A stretch of 64,000 nucleotides of DNA, from contig OZ024742.1 in assembly GCA_964016885.1 (NCBI GenBank), forward strand, positions 144,026,001-144,090,000, in the 5' to 3' direction. The notes beneath the pieces are model-generated. The model did not search any database. It saw nothing but the letters and a program-made list of their open reading frames with translations, and was not told where the DNA came from. The stretch comes from Eledone cirrhosa (lineage: Eukaryota). Numbering within the stretch: the first letter of the stretch is position 1; the number at the start of each line of letters is the position of its first letter. This document shows, piece after piece, positions 1 through 13,206 of this stretch. The translations under genes were made by a program, and so were the position numbers.

Positions 1-459
1 AATGAGTTGTCCTGTTGTGAAACAATTCCTATCAGGTGACCAAGTCTTGTTCATACCAAACTGCTTTTGGCTTGGTTTCTATGGCTGGATGCCCTACCTA
101 ACACCTACCACATTTATAGCAGGCACTGGGTGTTTTTTTTTTTTATTTTTTTTATTGAGGCACCAAAATGACCAACTGACAGGTTGGACTGGGTTGGTAT
201 TTATAAATAGAAGCATGTGTAAACACATACATACACATACACAGAAGCACCATCTAGCATAACCATAAATATGTCTATTTTACTGACCAGCAAACTGGTG
301 ATATGTAGATAGACAGAGAGAGATAGATACAAATAACAAGCAAACAAAGTATGAGAGAGAGAGAGAGAGAGAGAGAGATAGATACAAATAACAAGCAAAC
401 AAAGTATGAGAGAGAGAGAGAGAGAGAGAGAGATAGATACAAATAACAAGCAAACAAAG

Positions 460-507
<48 letters not shown>

Positions 508-545
508 TGAAAGAGAAATAGTCATAAACAGCTATGTATGTGTGG

Positions 546-577
<32 letters not shown>

Positions 578-1124
578 TGACGCAGACACATACATATTCA
601 GGGAAACGGGTAAGTATCAGGTGCAGGAAATTAAGATATCTGTAAGAGGTGTGGTCAAAAAAAGTTAATGGGTGATGACATTGTAGATAAAAGTACACAA
701 AGTGATTATAAATTACTTGTATTTGTATTAGAAAGAACAAAAAACAAAAACAAAAACAGTAATGGATAATACATACAACAACATCAGCAACACACACAAT
801 GGGTGTAATAAGTAACATGAATCTAAATGGAATGTATATTCTGATAGAAAAGAAATAGGAAATATTTCCTTCAGAAAAAAAAAAAAAAAGGAGGGACATT
901 CATTCATATTTACATTTGTGTGTTTGTGTATAGAGAGACACATGAAAAATAGCAAATTAATAAATGGTCGTATTATATGCCTATATACATACTTCCTAAG
1001 TGTGAATCTAATAAGACTGTCTTTTTGTATCTCTGTCTTTGTCTTGTCTATTGATAAACTATACACACATACATTATATGTGTGTATGTGAGTATGTGTG
1101 TGTGTATATGTATGTATAAACTAA

Positions 1125-1755
1125 ATGTAGATGAGTGGCTTGTGAAGACAGTACATGTCATGTTTAGAGGAGCAGTCAGCAAGGTTAGATTTAACAATGA
1201 CTATATTGAAGAAATGTAGCATGCAGATAGGAGTTCATCAGGGCTCCATTCTTAGCACTCTCATATTTATTACTGTTCTACAGAAGAGTTTAAGACCATG
1301 GGAACTTCTGCACGCAGATGATCTAACCCCCGTAGCTGAATCTAGAATTAGAGAAGAAATTCAAAACCTGGAAGCATGTCCTAGAATCAACCTGACACAG
1401 ACTAAAGTCCTAGCATGTATAAAAGAAAACAAGGCCCAGATACCCTCAGGGAAGTAGCCTTACTCAGTGTGAAGGGAAAGGGGTAGGTAGAAATTCCATC
1501 CTATATCCCAAATGCAAACTATGGGTACACAAGAGATGTAGTAGGATCTCAGGCAGGCTAGCAAAGAATGTAGGTTTTATATGTGATCAATGCACTGGTG
1601 CAGTAAGAAACAAGAGCTCACAGGATACTAGCTTCTTTAAATGCCCAGACAGCTCTGTAGAAATAGTAGTAGTTTCTGTTACCTAGGTGACCAAATTAGT
1701 AGTAAAGGTATTGTAGCCAGAGTGAGAATGGGATAGAAAAAGTTCAGGGAGCTAC
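1125..1755 (+). mobile_element. Degenerate RTE-clade LINE fragment (RT C-terminal half plus PHD-like Cys region)
   Basis: Translates to QIGVHQGSILS..PWELLHADDL..PSGK, collinear with the intact RT at 13207-14559 (GVHQGSVLS, PWELLYADDL, PSGKWPC); stops and frameshifts present. Confidence 0.85.
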
Positions 1756-2200
1756 AAAAGCAGACATTAAAACAACGATAATGATGATGAATTTAGTGAC
1801 TTTGCCTCCCAAATTCTACTGGCCAGTCATATATTTGACTGGTATTTTCTAAGCATACAATTCTGATCTCACAGCTTCCAGTCAGCAAAAGCCATGTAAG
1901 ATGGAATAGATATTAGAAAAACAACTATAACAGAACACGTGATAATAAAACTGGAATATATAACTCTGAAAGGAGCAACTTAATAATATCACAATAGAGA
2001 TTCAGCAGTTTGTGTGTGGGGGTGGGGTGAGGGAGGGGGGGGGGGGGGGGCAGCACTATTAGGTTGGGATGTGAGAGGGACACATGTAATGGGTGGGAAT
2101 GAGATTAGGTGACCTGTCAAAATCTTTAATATTTTATAATAGCACTGTTAATCCCATAGGATGAATAAGAATGTTTGTTGTAACAACAATGGCAGAACCA

Positions 2201-2393
2201 AATAATAATAATTGTTTCTACTTTAGGCACAAGGCCAGCAATTAACCAGTGCATTACTGGTACTTTATTTTATCGACCCCATAAGGATGAAAGGCAAAGT
2301 CAACCTCGGCGAGATTTGAACTCAGATCGTAAAGGGACGTAACTGTGCTGGAAAGCATGGCGTCTGACCCTCTACCGATACTGCCAATCCACC
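2201..2393 (-). mobile_element. tRNA-derived SINE, family B ((ATT)n tail)
   Basis: Minus strand: A box TGGCAGTATCGG, B box GAGTTCAAATC, core GACTTTGCCTTTCATCCTTATGGGGTCGATAAAATAAAGTACCAG; near-identical copies at 46152-46333 and 60447-60632. Confidence 0.85.
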
Positions 2394-2400
2394 GGCCATG

Positions 2401-3530
2401 AATAATAATGATTTCTTTATTAGCCACACAGGGCTCACATTAAGAAAACATTAAAGACAGCACAGTTCGATGTGTGTAAAAATGATATAACAAAAACCTA
2501 AAGAAAAATAAACATTTAAAAATCAAACAAGCAAAAACATTCCCTAATAAGGGGAGACTCCCCTGGGTGAAATGTGGCAAAAGCCTACAAAAAGCCATGG
2601 TCACTCTAATTGTTAGGGTAAGTGCCCTCTCTCAGTTGTTTTCCTACAACTTACAAGCACATACTCAGAGCAAGCCCATGCTTGCCACTCTCACTCACCT
2701 TTCAACAAACTGCTTAACCCTTTAGCATTCAGATTACTCTATATATACTATTATATTTTCACAGTAAAGGCTTTACCTTACATAATATCTCACATAACAT
2801 TTACATTACTCTCATCATCATCATCACTCTATGTATACTTTTATATTTTCATAGTAAAGGCTTTATCTCACATAATATCTCACATAATATCGAATCTATG
2901 AGATTTTGAAAGTATTTATTTTGAGAACAATACCTTAACATCAGTTTGAGCGACCTGTTACAGCCAGTTTCAACAGAAAAAGGTAGAGAATTCTGGCCGG
3001 TTTTGGCCAGTTTGAACATTAAAGGGTTAAAAGGTAGCACTTCCCGTTCTACCCTGAAACATGAAAAAGTTAATCAGGGCTTCACCAAAGAAGAAATGGT
3101 TTGTCTTCAACCCTTTCAAAAGTGTCCACAACATGACCACCAGGCAGAGAAAAACTAAAGGAAGATGGTGGGACAATCTTCATGATGGACTCAGCTGATA
3201 GCTGGATTGATTCTACACACGAGAGCACATGTGTTTGACATAAACCCACAAGTCAGTAATTCTTGGACACTTGACGAGTGTGTTCAGGACAGTTTCGTCA
3301 CCCTACATTCATCTTGGAGAAGTCCAACTGACAGCACTTCCATGCCTGTAGAGTTTATTTCGAACTGGTAATGCTCCCTGGTAGCACAGTTAAGCCAGGG
3401 ATTTCTGGAAGTTATCCATGGGTCCAGGACTGAAAGTCCTCTGGTAAAGAGTGGCTAGCTGATTTTCTTCATTGTCCAGAGTCTCCCCAAAACATCGTTT
3501 TTACCTATCACTAACCCCTTATAGAATGCT
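2401..3530 (-). mobile_element. Degenerate L1/Tx1-like LINE 3' fragment, interrupted by a MITE
   Basis: Minus translation around 3230-3400 gives CYQGALPVRNKLYRHGSAVSWTSPR..GDETVLNTLVKCPRITDLW, resembling the C-terminal zf-RVT region of L1/Tx1 ORF2; 3' end has AATAAA plus an (ATT)n tail at 2401-2420. Confidence 0.6.
2714..3030. mobile_element. piggyBac-like MITE, family 1 (with internal duplication)
   Basis: TTAA-CCCTTTAGCATTC ... GAACATTAAAGGG-TTAA; TTAA duplication and CCC/GGG termini; body shared with 7284, 10658, 21515 and 23731 copies. Confidence 0.85.
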
Positions 3531-3600
3531 AAGATGGAGTTTCCACCAATCATTGCAGAGAATAACGGTTTCTTTATTAGCCACACAGGGCTGAAAATAC

Positions 3601-3636
<36 letters not shown>

Positions 3637-4794
3637 CACGACTACCACTACTAATAATAATAGAGAAAACAAGAAAAGAAAAGAAAACTGAAGAGGAAAA
3701 ACAAATAATAATAACCACAATAATGATAATAATGATGATGATGATTTCTACTAATAACAACAACAATATATAAAGCATCAGGACATTTTATTTTGCCTTT
3801 CACCTTCACCCTACCACATTCCTAATGAAGAATTGCAGAAAAGGAAAACTAGGTGGAAGGGGAAATAAAATTAGAACAAATAAAAAAGATTTGTTTTGAA
3901 AGCAAATTTGGAAAAGTTATGTAAAAACAACAACAACAATAATAATAATGAAAAGAACAGAGTATAGAAAAAGAACAAAATAAAAAAAAAAACTATACAT
4001 CTTTATTTGCTAAAGTAGTGAAGCAAAACATAAGTTTACACAATTTTTCAACCAGTTATTTGATATGTGTGTGTTTACTGATGATTGCAATGAAGTTGTC
4101 GACTTAGTATATTGCAGTTGACTGGGTATATTTGCACAATATATTATTGGGTGGCAAGAAATGGCTGATCAGTGATGTGAAAAGGAAAAAGAAAATCCTA
4201 AATGTTGTTATTGTTTTTTTTTTGCATTACTCTGTGTCTGTGTGGTGGGGTTGATCTTGTTACAAGAATTTGGCAAAGAATTTTGGGTTGGTGGACTGCA
4301 TCACAGTGCATGTCATTGTCATCAGAACCACACCACCACTCCCAACAACAACCACCACTACCATCATCATCACCATCGCCATCACCACCTTCATCATTAC
4401 CATTCCCATCAACACACTGTATATGATGGAGCCTATGATAAGATTAGTTAACCTGTCAATTATAGTAAAAAATTTCCTCATATATTTGCCTTAAAAGAGG
4501 TTCCATCTCATAGGGTCTTTTGGGTGTTTAATAATAGAGCCCTTTCATGTCACTATATTTCCAATGACAACAGACAGTATTTGAATGCATAAAACTGAAA
4601 CAACCTCCACAAGGCAAATTCAATTTGGTGCTCTAAAATTACACTAATACATTGCCATGTACAGTATGACCCCTGAAATGATGAAAGGTAAAGATGACCT
4701 TGGTGGACTTTAAACTAAGAGAGTTCAGAGAGCTGGAACAAATATTACCAGTTCACAGCATACTATGAAAATATTAGTATCTAGACCTAATCAT

Positions 4795-5115
4795 GAAAGT
4801 GTGTGGTTTAGAGGTTAGAGTGTTCGACTCACAATCATAAAATCATGGGTCTTATTCCTGGTAATGTGTTATGTTTTTAAGCTAAACACTTTATCTCTCC
4901 TTGCTCTAGTTCACTCAACTGGCAAAAATGAGTTGTACCTCTAATATAAATGGCTAGCCTTGTCATACATTATATCACTCAAAATTTCCCAAAGAATTAC
5001 ATTAAAAGTTTGTATGTCCATGGAATGTTCAGCCACCTGCACATTAATTTCATGAGCAGGTTGTTCAAACAACTGGCAGATTCATTGTTAGAAGCAATGG
5101 CAGTCCAACAACAAC
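4795..5115 (+). mobile_element. Old tRNA-derived SINE, family C
   Basis: TGGTTTAGAGGTTAGAG head followed by a body also seen at 41885-42180, 59540-59790 and (minus) 21420-21930, 10625-11040. Confidence 0.65.
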
Positions 5116-6281
5116 ATTAGTATATAGAACACCTCTCAGTTGAGTTTCAGTCTCACTAGTGGCCACTTTAGTTACTCTAGACTTAATAAAATTAAAAATC
5201 AATACTATTATAAGAATGATTTAATTAATTATATTCCTCTGAAAAAATAAAAAATAAAAGTATAAATGAATAAATAATCAACATGTGCCTAGTCAGGAGA
5301 TTTTTGAAAAATCCAGTTTAGGATAAAGATGGGGTCATTGCTGACTAGCACCCAGTCATCTTTGATTGAGCAGACCTATATTAAAAGGCATTCCATTCCA
5401 TACATGACCCTCCCTTACAATCTATCACATATGCACATTTAACTAGCTAGCTTCCTACAAGTTTGCATTTTGTTTAGGGGGCTTCTTAGGCAGTTTAATG
5501 AAGGGGCCCTCCAGTTTATCATGAAAAGCAACATGAAATGAAACATCTTGCTCAAGAACATAATGTGCCACCCAGTCTTAGAATGAAACCCATGGCACTA
5601 TGTCCCCAAATCCAAACACCCTAATCAGTAAGCAATGCGCCTGCACTAATATATCAGATATATCAAACTATTATTTTATCATCAAAGTAAAGTTATCTAG
5701 ATGAATGCCACAGTAAATCTGACAGTTTAGTTAGAGTATCAAGACTAGATGACAACCCCACTACAACTGCTCCAACCATCACTTGTGCTAACATCACTTC
5801 CTATGTAGCTAACGAAGTGAAGTGTTCAGATAATATTAATGTTAATAAAGTTCTAATAAGGAATCTCTTAATATAATTATTAAAGGTTAGCACAGCAAGA
5901 CAAATGGCATAGTTTCAGTATGGATGTAGATATTTAGAGAGCTAACAAAAAAATAAAAACAAAAAAATGAACAAACAAACAAAAAGGAAACATGGAGGAT
6001 ACGTAGAGAGAATAAAATGAAATGGATTAGAGCAGGAGAGAAGAATAAACATTCATATACACATACATATGTACATACATGCATACATACACACACACAC
6101 ACATTTCAGGCATGGCTAGGATTTTGGGTTCAGCCCCACAGCATAGCACTAACATGCTTTCCAATGCTTTGTGAATTGTTTGGTAGATGGAAAATGTGTG
6201 GAACCCTTCCATGTAAATATAAATTTATATGTGTGTGTGTTAGTGTGTTTAATGACTGAAACCAGTAAAGAAATAAAAGAG

Positions 6282-6315
<34 letters not shown>

Positions 6316-6318
<3 letters not shown>

Positions 6319-6804
6319 CATATCTTAGCTGAGGGATATGTGACAAACAAAAAAAAAATTGATGGTAAAATAGTGGGCTTATGTTCAAGGTCAATATTTT
6401 TGCAAATTTTCACCAATTTAAAAATTCTATGTAAATGAGGTGTTAAAATATTTTGAGGTCAATATTACACCAGTTTCACTTTGGAGGTAAATATTACGCC
6501 GATTTTACTTTTGATGTAAATATGGCCTTGAAAATGGTTGGAAATTGATAAAAAAAAATCATTACATATTGGAGTTATGAAACAAAAAATTATACTCTAA
6601 ACAACATTTAAAATATTGAAATATAAAAACTGTATAAATATATTCTCCACTCATGAGAATTTCAAAACTGCACCATCTAAACATAATGTCTTGATTACCT
6701 GCCTTGGCTTATAAACAGGGTTTAGATTTTTGCCTAGTTCTTAGACATAAAACGTAGGGTCAGCTTATATATTTGGATTGACTTATAATTGAGTATATAC
6801 AGTA
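6316..6804. mobile_element. Degenerate Tc1/mariner-pogo-like non-autonomous DNA element
   Basis: Right end GACTTATAATTGAGTATATACAGTA resembles pogo/Tc2-type termini; weak left end after (TA)n; internal ~28-bp direct repeats at 6465-6525. Confidence 0.35.
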
Positions 6805-7283
6805 TATTTTCTAACTCATTTTACTCGTTAGACTGCAGACATGCTTGTGCTTAAAACCTTCAGGGAATTGCGTGATTAATGAGTTTACTTTGCAGCTAGG
6901 TGTTTTGAATTCAGTCCGACTATGTAACACCTTGAGAAAATGTCTTTTTATGTAACCCTGGGTTGATCATTGTGCATTAATATTTCAAAACATTTACTGG
7001 TCCATTTTTTAGAATCAGAATGGTCATACTAGTAGCATATTGGTCACATGCTTAGCAGAGGTCCTAAAGAATTATGTGAATGGCAGGTTTTAAAATTTCT
7101 TCATTGAAGCATTGCAGTTATTATATATGGTTACACATATGCTGTACCTGTGTGTTAATTGTGGTCCTGAAGATGGAGATGTTAAGACTTACAAACGTTC
7201 ATATACACATAGATTTAGGAATGCTATAGTTCCAAACTAAGCATAAAAGAACTAATATTGAATATAATCACCATCATCATTAT

Positions 7284-7511
7284 TCAACCCTTTAGTGTTC
7301 AAACCGGCTAAAAGAGGCCAGAATTCTCTACCTCTTTCTGTTGAAACTGGCTGTAACTGGTCGCTCAAACTGATGTTAAGGTATTGTTCTCAAAATAAAT
7401 ACTTTCAAAGTCTCATAGATTCGATATTATGTGACATAATTATGTGAGGTAAAGCCTTTACCATGAAAATATAATAGTAAATATAAAATAATGTGAATGC
7501 TAAATGGTTAA
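7284..7511. mobile_element. piggyBac-like MITE, family 1
   Basis: TCAA-CCCTTTAGTGTTC ... GAATGCTAAATGG-TTAA; body is the reverse complement of the 2714-3030 copy. Confidence 0.8.
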
Positions 7512-7895
7512 TGGCTGTTAAATTATGTATATAATATGTGTGTGAGTGCATGTGAGTGTGTATGTATGTGAGTGTGCATGTGTGAGAGTGTGTGTATATA
7601 AATGAATGGGAGACACATAGCTACAAAGACAGTGAAGAGAGTGACAAAGACAGAGAATGAAAGAGAGATAAAACTGATGATGCATTAGTGGATGTCTACT
7701 CAGCACTTGCACTAGTAGACAGCATACTCAGATATCAAAGTATGCCATTACTTTCTGTCCCCACCCCACCTCACATTTGTCTTTTTATGCAAGGAAGTTG
7801 AATATTAAAGGTTAGGTTACAGCTTAAAAGGAATGCAATAATATAATATAATATCATCATCATCATTTAATGTTTGCTTTTCCTGATAGCAAGGG

Positions 7896-8677
<782 letters not shown>

Positions 8678-8699
8678 ATATATATATATATATATATAA

Positions 8700-9597
8700 C
8701 ATCATCACCACCGTTTTACGTCTGTTCTTCCATGCTAGCATGGGTTAGACGGGTTGTCCTGTTGTGGGCAGTGTCCGGTCGGCTGACCTTGTCTTGCTCA
8801 TACGGGAACCGATTCTGGCTTGATTTCTACATTGGATGCCCTTCCTAACACCAACCTCATTTACAGTGAGTGCTGGGTGCTTTTATTCCGTGGCACCTAC
8901 ACGTCCACTTTACAGTGTGGGCTGGGTGCTTTTTTGCCATGGCACCTCCACGACCACTTTGCAGTGGGAGGGTGTGGGGGCATATTGTCTATATGCTTCA
9001 GCTTCGGCTTGTACCCGTGGGGGGCCGGGTCTTCTGTATTACTGCATGACGCCAGAGGTCACGGCCGTGTGTCATCGCCTTTGAGAGGTGTAATTGGGTA
9101 AAGTCGGCTTTTATCACTTCATCCCAGGTCTTCTTAGGTCTCCCCTCTCCGCGATTTCCATCGACTTCTAGTGCTCTGCACCTTTTTATGCAGCTGTCAT
9201 CCTTCATACGCATCACATGTCCATACCAACGCAACCGCCTCTCCTGCACGCAGCATTTGATTCCTCTTATGCTCAGTCTCTCTCTCAATTCATTTATGCT
9301 TTGCTGTTCGCGTATATTACACATCCATCGGAGCATGCAGGCTTTGTTTCTTTCTAATCTATGCAAGCCTTCCACAGTCAGCGCCCAGGTCTCACTACCA
9401 TGTAACATTGCTGTTCGTATACATGCATCATACAGTCTGCCTTTCATTTTGAGGGAAAAGCCTTTTGCAGCTAGCAGTGGCAGTAGCTCCCTGAACTTCT
9501 TCCATCCTGTTCTTACCCTAGTTATTGTACTTTCAGAACACCCACCTCTACTGCTAATTCGGTCACCGAGGTAGCAGAAGCTGTCTACTGTTTCTAC
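8700..9597 (-). mobile_element. 5'-truncated RTE LINE, second subfamily
   Basis: ORF 8998-9447 MKGRLYDACIRTAMLHGSETW..RRLRWYGHVMR..GRPKKTW; 3' UTR ends in (GAT)n at ~8700. Confidence 0.9.
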
Positions 9598-10657
9598 ATG
9601 TGCATATTAAAAAAAAAATAGATATAAAAAAAGTAAGACCCATCTAAATACTATGGCAATCACAGTTTATTTTTGCCCTAGTTGCTGTTGCTTTTTAGGT
9701 TTGGATCAGTTCTGATCAAAGGAGCTTCAACCATGTTAAGTTAGTTAAAGTTTGTTCTAAGCCGAAGGCTCATCAAGCCAGTGCTTATCCCCGTTTTCCT
9801 TGGTGTTAAGCAACTGAGAGTACAAGACTCTACCTCAATAGGATGTCGCTCTATCAAAGGATTAACACCCCAGACTTTGCTGATACTCACTCTTAGCTGA
9901 GCATACTGGAGCAACATGAAATAAAGTGTTTTGCTCAAGAACACAATGCAGTACCCTGTCTAGGAATTGAACTAACAACATTATGATTGTAAGTCCAGCA
10001 TGCGGTTATCTCATTTTTATTTTGCAACAATATATCCAAAACTATATTAATCAGCCTGACTTTCCTTTTTTTTTTGAAGACAGCAAGGTGTGATTTGAAG
10101 GAAAGTTGGTTATTTCTATCTGTTTACAACCATATAAAGCCTCCTTCTAAACTGTCATTCCAGTGACGACCACCCTGTCTTATTTTCAAAGATGTTTTCA
10201 CATCCTGTCATATTTTCAAAGCAGTTTTCAAAACTACATTATCTAATCTCTCCTATTTTTAAAGATGGTAAGGTGTGTTTTGAAGGAAATGTGGCTGCTA
10301 TTTTTAGCAGGTATAGAAAGAAGTTTTCTTCACAACTGCAAGTGGCAGAGGGTTTTGTTTTTGCTGTTTCCTCATCGACTTTCTGTTACATAGTAGAATG
10401 TTAATGTTGTGTCTTGTTTTTCAAAAATTTGGATATTTCAACATTATTAGAATAATTTTGTTTTTTCTTCAAAGTTGGTGAATTAACCAAATAGTGAGAG
10501 TATCAGACAAATGCCTTGTAGTAATTGTTCCAGATCTTTCTATTCTGAATTTAAATACCAGGGAAATTAACTTTACCTTCCAGTGTCAATAAAGTATCAG
10601 TCAAGTGTATTTAAAAGCAAATAAACCTCCATTGGGTCACTATGATGAGTTGTTTAC

Positions 10658-10871
10658 TTAACCCTTTAGCATTTAAACCAGCCGTATCTGTCCAGAATTC
10701 TCTCACTTCATTCTGTTCAAACTGGCTGTAACCGGCCACTCATACTGATGTTAAGGTATTGTTCTCAAAATAAATACTATTAAAATTTCATTGAGATAAT
10801 TATGTGAGGTAAAGCCTTTACCATGAACATATAATAGTAAATATAGAGTAATGTAAATACAAAATTGTTAA
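10658..10871. mobile_element. piggyBac-like MITE, family 1, nested in a family C SINE
   Basis: TTAA-CCCTTTAGCATTTA ... decayed right end + TTAA; flanks join into the family C body. Confidence 0.75.
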
Positions 10872-11181
10872 TGAAACAGCTTACTCATTAAATATAATGA
10901 AACAGCCTCCTCATTAAATTAACATATAAGTCGTTGAGTAGTCCAAATACACATATACCTTTAATATAATTCTCAGAGGATATTCTGCATGACGCACTGT
11001 GTGACAAGGTAGGCGTTTTGAATTACAGGTACAGCCCATTCAACAGGCTTCCAAAAAGTTTTCATTATAGGTTATCATAAAAGACACTTGCTGAAGATGC
11101 TATGCTGTGGGATCAAACCTGAAACCTCATGATTCTAAGTGAACTTTTTAACAATTTAGCTATGTTGCATACTGGAGTTGA

Positions 11182-11239
<58 letters not shown>

Positions 11240-11585
11240 GGCACAGTGTGTGGGTTATGGAGGAGCGCTCACAGTCCCTTTCCTCCAAGAAATGGAAGAA
11301 GGGTAGGTAAAGAGTTAGCAACATCATAGCAGAGACTAAATTACATATGAATGTGATTCCACTATATTTACACATCAGATAGCAAGCTAGAGAATTAAGG
11401 GGTGGAGTGCTGATGATACAGAATAGCAAGTTCATTAAAAGGTCAACACCATTGATTAATCCTTAAAAGATAAAGTAATCCAAGCCATAAGCTGAGAAAT
11501 TTTAAAAATCATATACACATATAGGGGCCATATAGACATATATCGCTATTTCTCCCCCCCCCTCTCTCTCTCCTTACACACACAC

Positions 11586-11630
<45 letters not shown>

Positions 11631-11843
11631 GCAGATAAGTCACACTGATAGATAAGTCAGACCTTCATTTTACATACATTTACAATGTACCATATATTTT
11701 TGTAGGTGCAGTAAATAAGACACTGGTTTTTCACATTGTATTTTCATAAAATAAGGTGTGACCTATACATGAGTATTCATTGAATATACACACAAAAATA
11801 TATATGCATACATATATATATATATATATGCATATATATATAT

Positions 11844-12189
11844 ATCATTTCATCATCATCATTTCATTTTACGTCCGTTTTTCCCTGCTTGCAAGGGTGG
11901 GACGGGAACTGATTCTGGCTTGATTTCTACAGCTGGATGCCCTTCCTAACACCAACCTCATTTACAGTGAGTGCTGGGTGCTTTTTTGCCGTGGCGCCTA
12001 CACGACCACTTTACAGTGGAATGATAGGGACCCCAGTCCCTATCATCTCATTTCTACAGCTGAGTAAACTGGAACAATGTGAAATAAAGTGTCTTGCTCA
12101 AGGAAACAACACATCACCCGGTCTGAGAATTGAACTCACAACCTTTCGATTGCAAGACCAATGCTCTAACCACTAAGCCATGTGCCTCC
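11844..12189 (-). mobile_element. Young tRNA-derived SINE, family A (RTE-derived tail)
   Basis: A box TGGCTTAGTGG, B box GAGTTCAATTC, middle domain, tail matching the 8700-8960 RTE 3' UTR, (GAT)n end in (TA)n; near-identical to 37456-37802 and 58775-59102. Confidence 0.9.
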
Positions 12190-12322
12190 ATATATGAATG
12201 TATATACAGTGTATTTTGCAATACACTGTATGCTTAATTAAAAGCATTTTGAAGACCTTGTGCTATTGTTTTAAAGTAGTGACTATGTCACTTACTTCTA
12301 TTTTCAGCAAACAAGGGGAGAT

Positions 12323-12368
12323 AAGCTGACAGAGCTCTGTTTCGTACTGTTGGTACTTATCAAAGCCT
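12323..12368 (-). ncRNA. Type I hammerhead ribozyme (U3-A8 core variant)
   Basis: Minus strand AGGCU-UUGAUAA-GUAC caaca GUAC-GAA-ACAG agcu CUGU-C-AGCUU; stems I, II and III pair, GUC triplet; stem I continues through an internal loop into a 17-bp helix. Confidence 0.75.
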
Positions 12369-12589
12369 AGTACGTCCCTTGTTTGCTGAAAATTAGAGAT
12401 AAGTACAGTGTATTGCAAAATACTCTATATATACATTCATATATATATATATATCGCTATTTCAGAGCACCAATTCTAATTTTCAATTTTTGCTGGACCG
12501 GCAACCGCTCTGTATAATTAGTTCCTGATTATTACTGGAATTCTATAAGAATCCAACATTCATAATTTTCAGCAAACAACGGAAGTACT

Positions 12590-12635
12590 AGGCTTTGATA
12601 AGTACCAACGGTACGAAACAGAGCTCTATCAGCTT
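12590..12635 (+). ncRNA. Type I hammerhead ribozyme, second copy
   Basis: AGGCT-TTGATAA-GTACC aac GGTAC-GAAACAGAGCTCT-ATC-AGCTT; G>A at 12628 breaks the second base pair of stem III. Confidence 0.6.
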
Positions 12636-12780
12636 ATCTCCCCTTGTTTGCTTAAAATAGAAGTAAGTGACATACAAAATACACTATAGTTGCAAAATAC
12701 ACTATATATACATTCATATATATATATATATATCATCATCATCATTTCATTTTACGTTGGCTTTTCCCTGCTTGCAAGAG

Positions 12781-12797
12781 ATATATATATAGATATA

Positions 12798-12834
<37 letters not shown>

Positions 12835-13206
12835 ATATATATATATATATATATCTATATATATATATCTATATATATATATATATATATATCTATATAT
12901 ATATATATCTATATATATATCTATATATATCTATATATATATATATATATATCTATATATATATATATATATCTATATATATATATATATATCTATCTAT
13001 CTATATATATCTATATCTATATATATATATATTGTTATACTTTGGGAGGGTCATGTTGCCAATAAAGAATCTTGCTAAACAAATTCAGAAACGAAATATA
13101 TATATATATGTATCTATATATATATCTATATCTATCTATCTATATATATATCTATATATATATATCTGTATATATATATGTATGCATATATATATATATA
13201 TATATA
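12781..13206. repeat. Compound (TA)n/(TATC)n microsatellite
   Basis: Direct inspection; a short unique island lies at ~13031-13095. Confidence 0.95.

Larger units (their letters stand above)
12191..12720. mobile_element. Two inverted copies of a small hammerhead-bearing element (Penelope-like pLTR / retrozyme-like)
   Basis: 12285-12394 is the reverse complement of 12564-12674; 3'-end motif ..GCAAAATACAC..TATATACATTCATATA occurs three times; bounded by TA tracts. Confidence 0.7.

Noticed and set aside
310-503. Three copies of GATAGATACAAATAACAAGCAAACAAAGTAT separated by variable (GA)n (similar case at 43630-43832)
   Set aside because: The repeat-spacer look is only microsatellite-mediated slippage duplication
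7160-7205. Possible hammerhead CTGAAGATGGAG..CAAACGTT
   Set aside because: GAAA is mutated and stem I does not pair; at most a very decayed pLTR remnant
13072-13206. N-terminal part of the 495-aa ORF as a real protein start
   Set aside because: It is (TA)n read-through fused in frame to a 5'-truncated LINE
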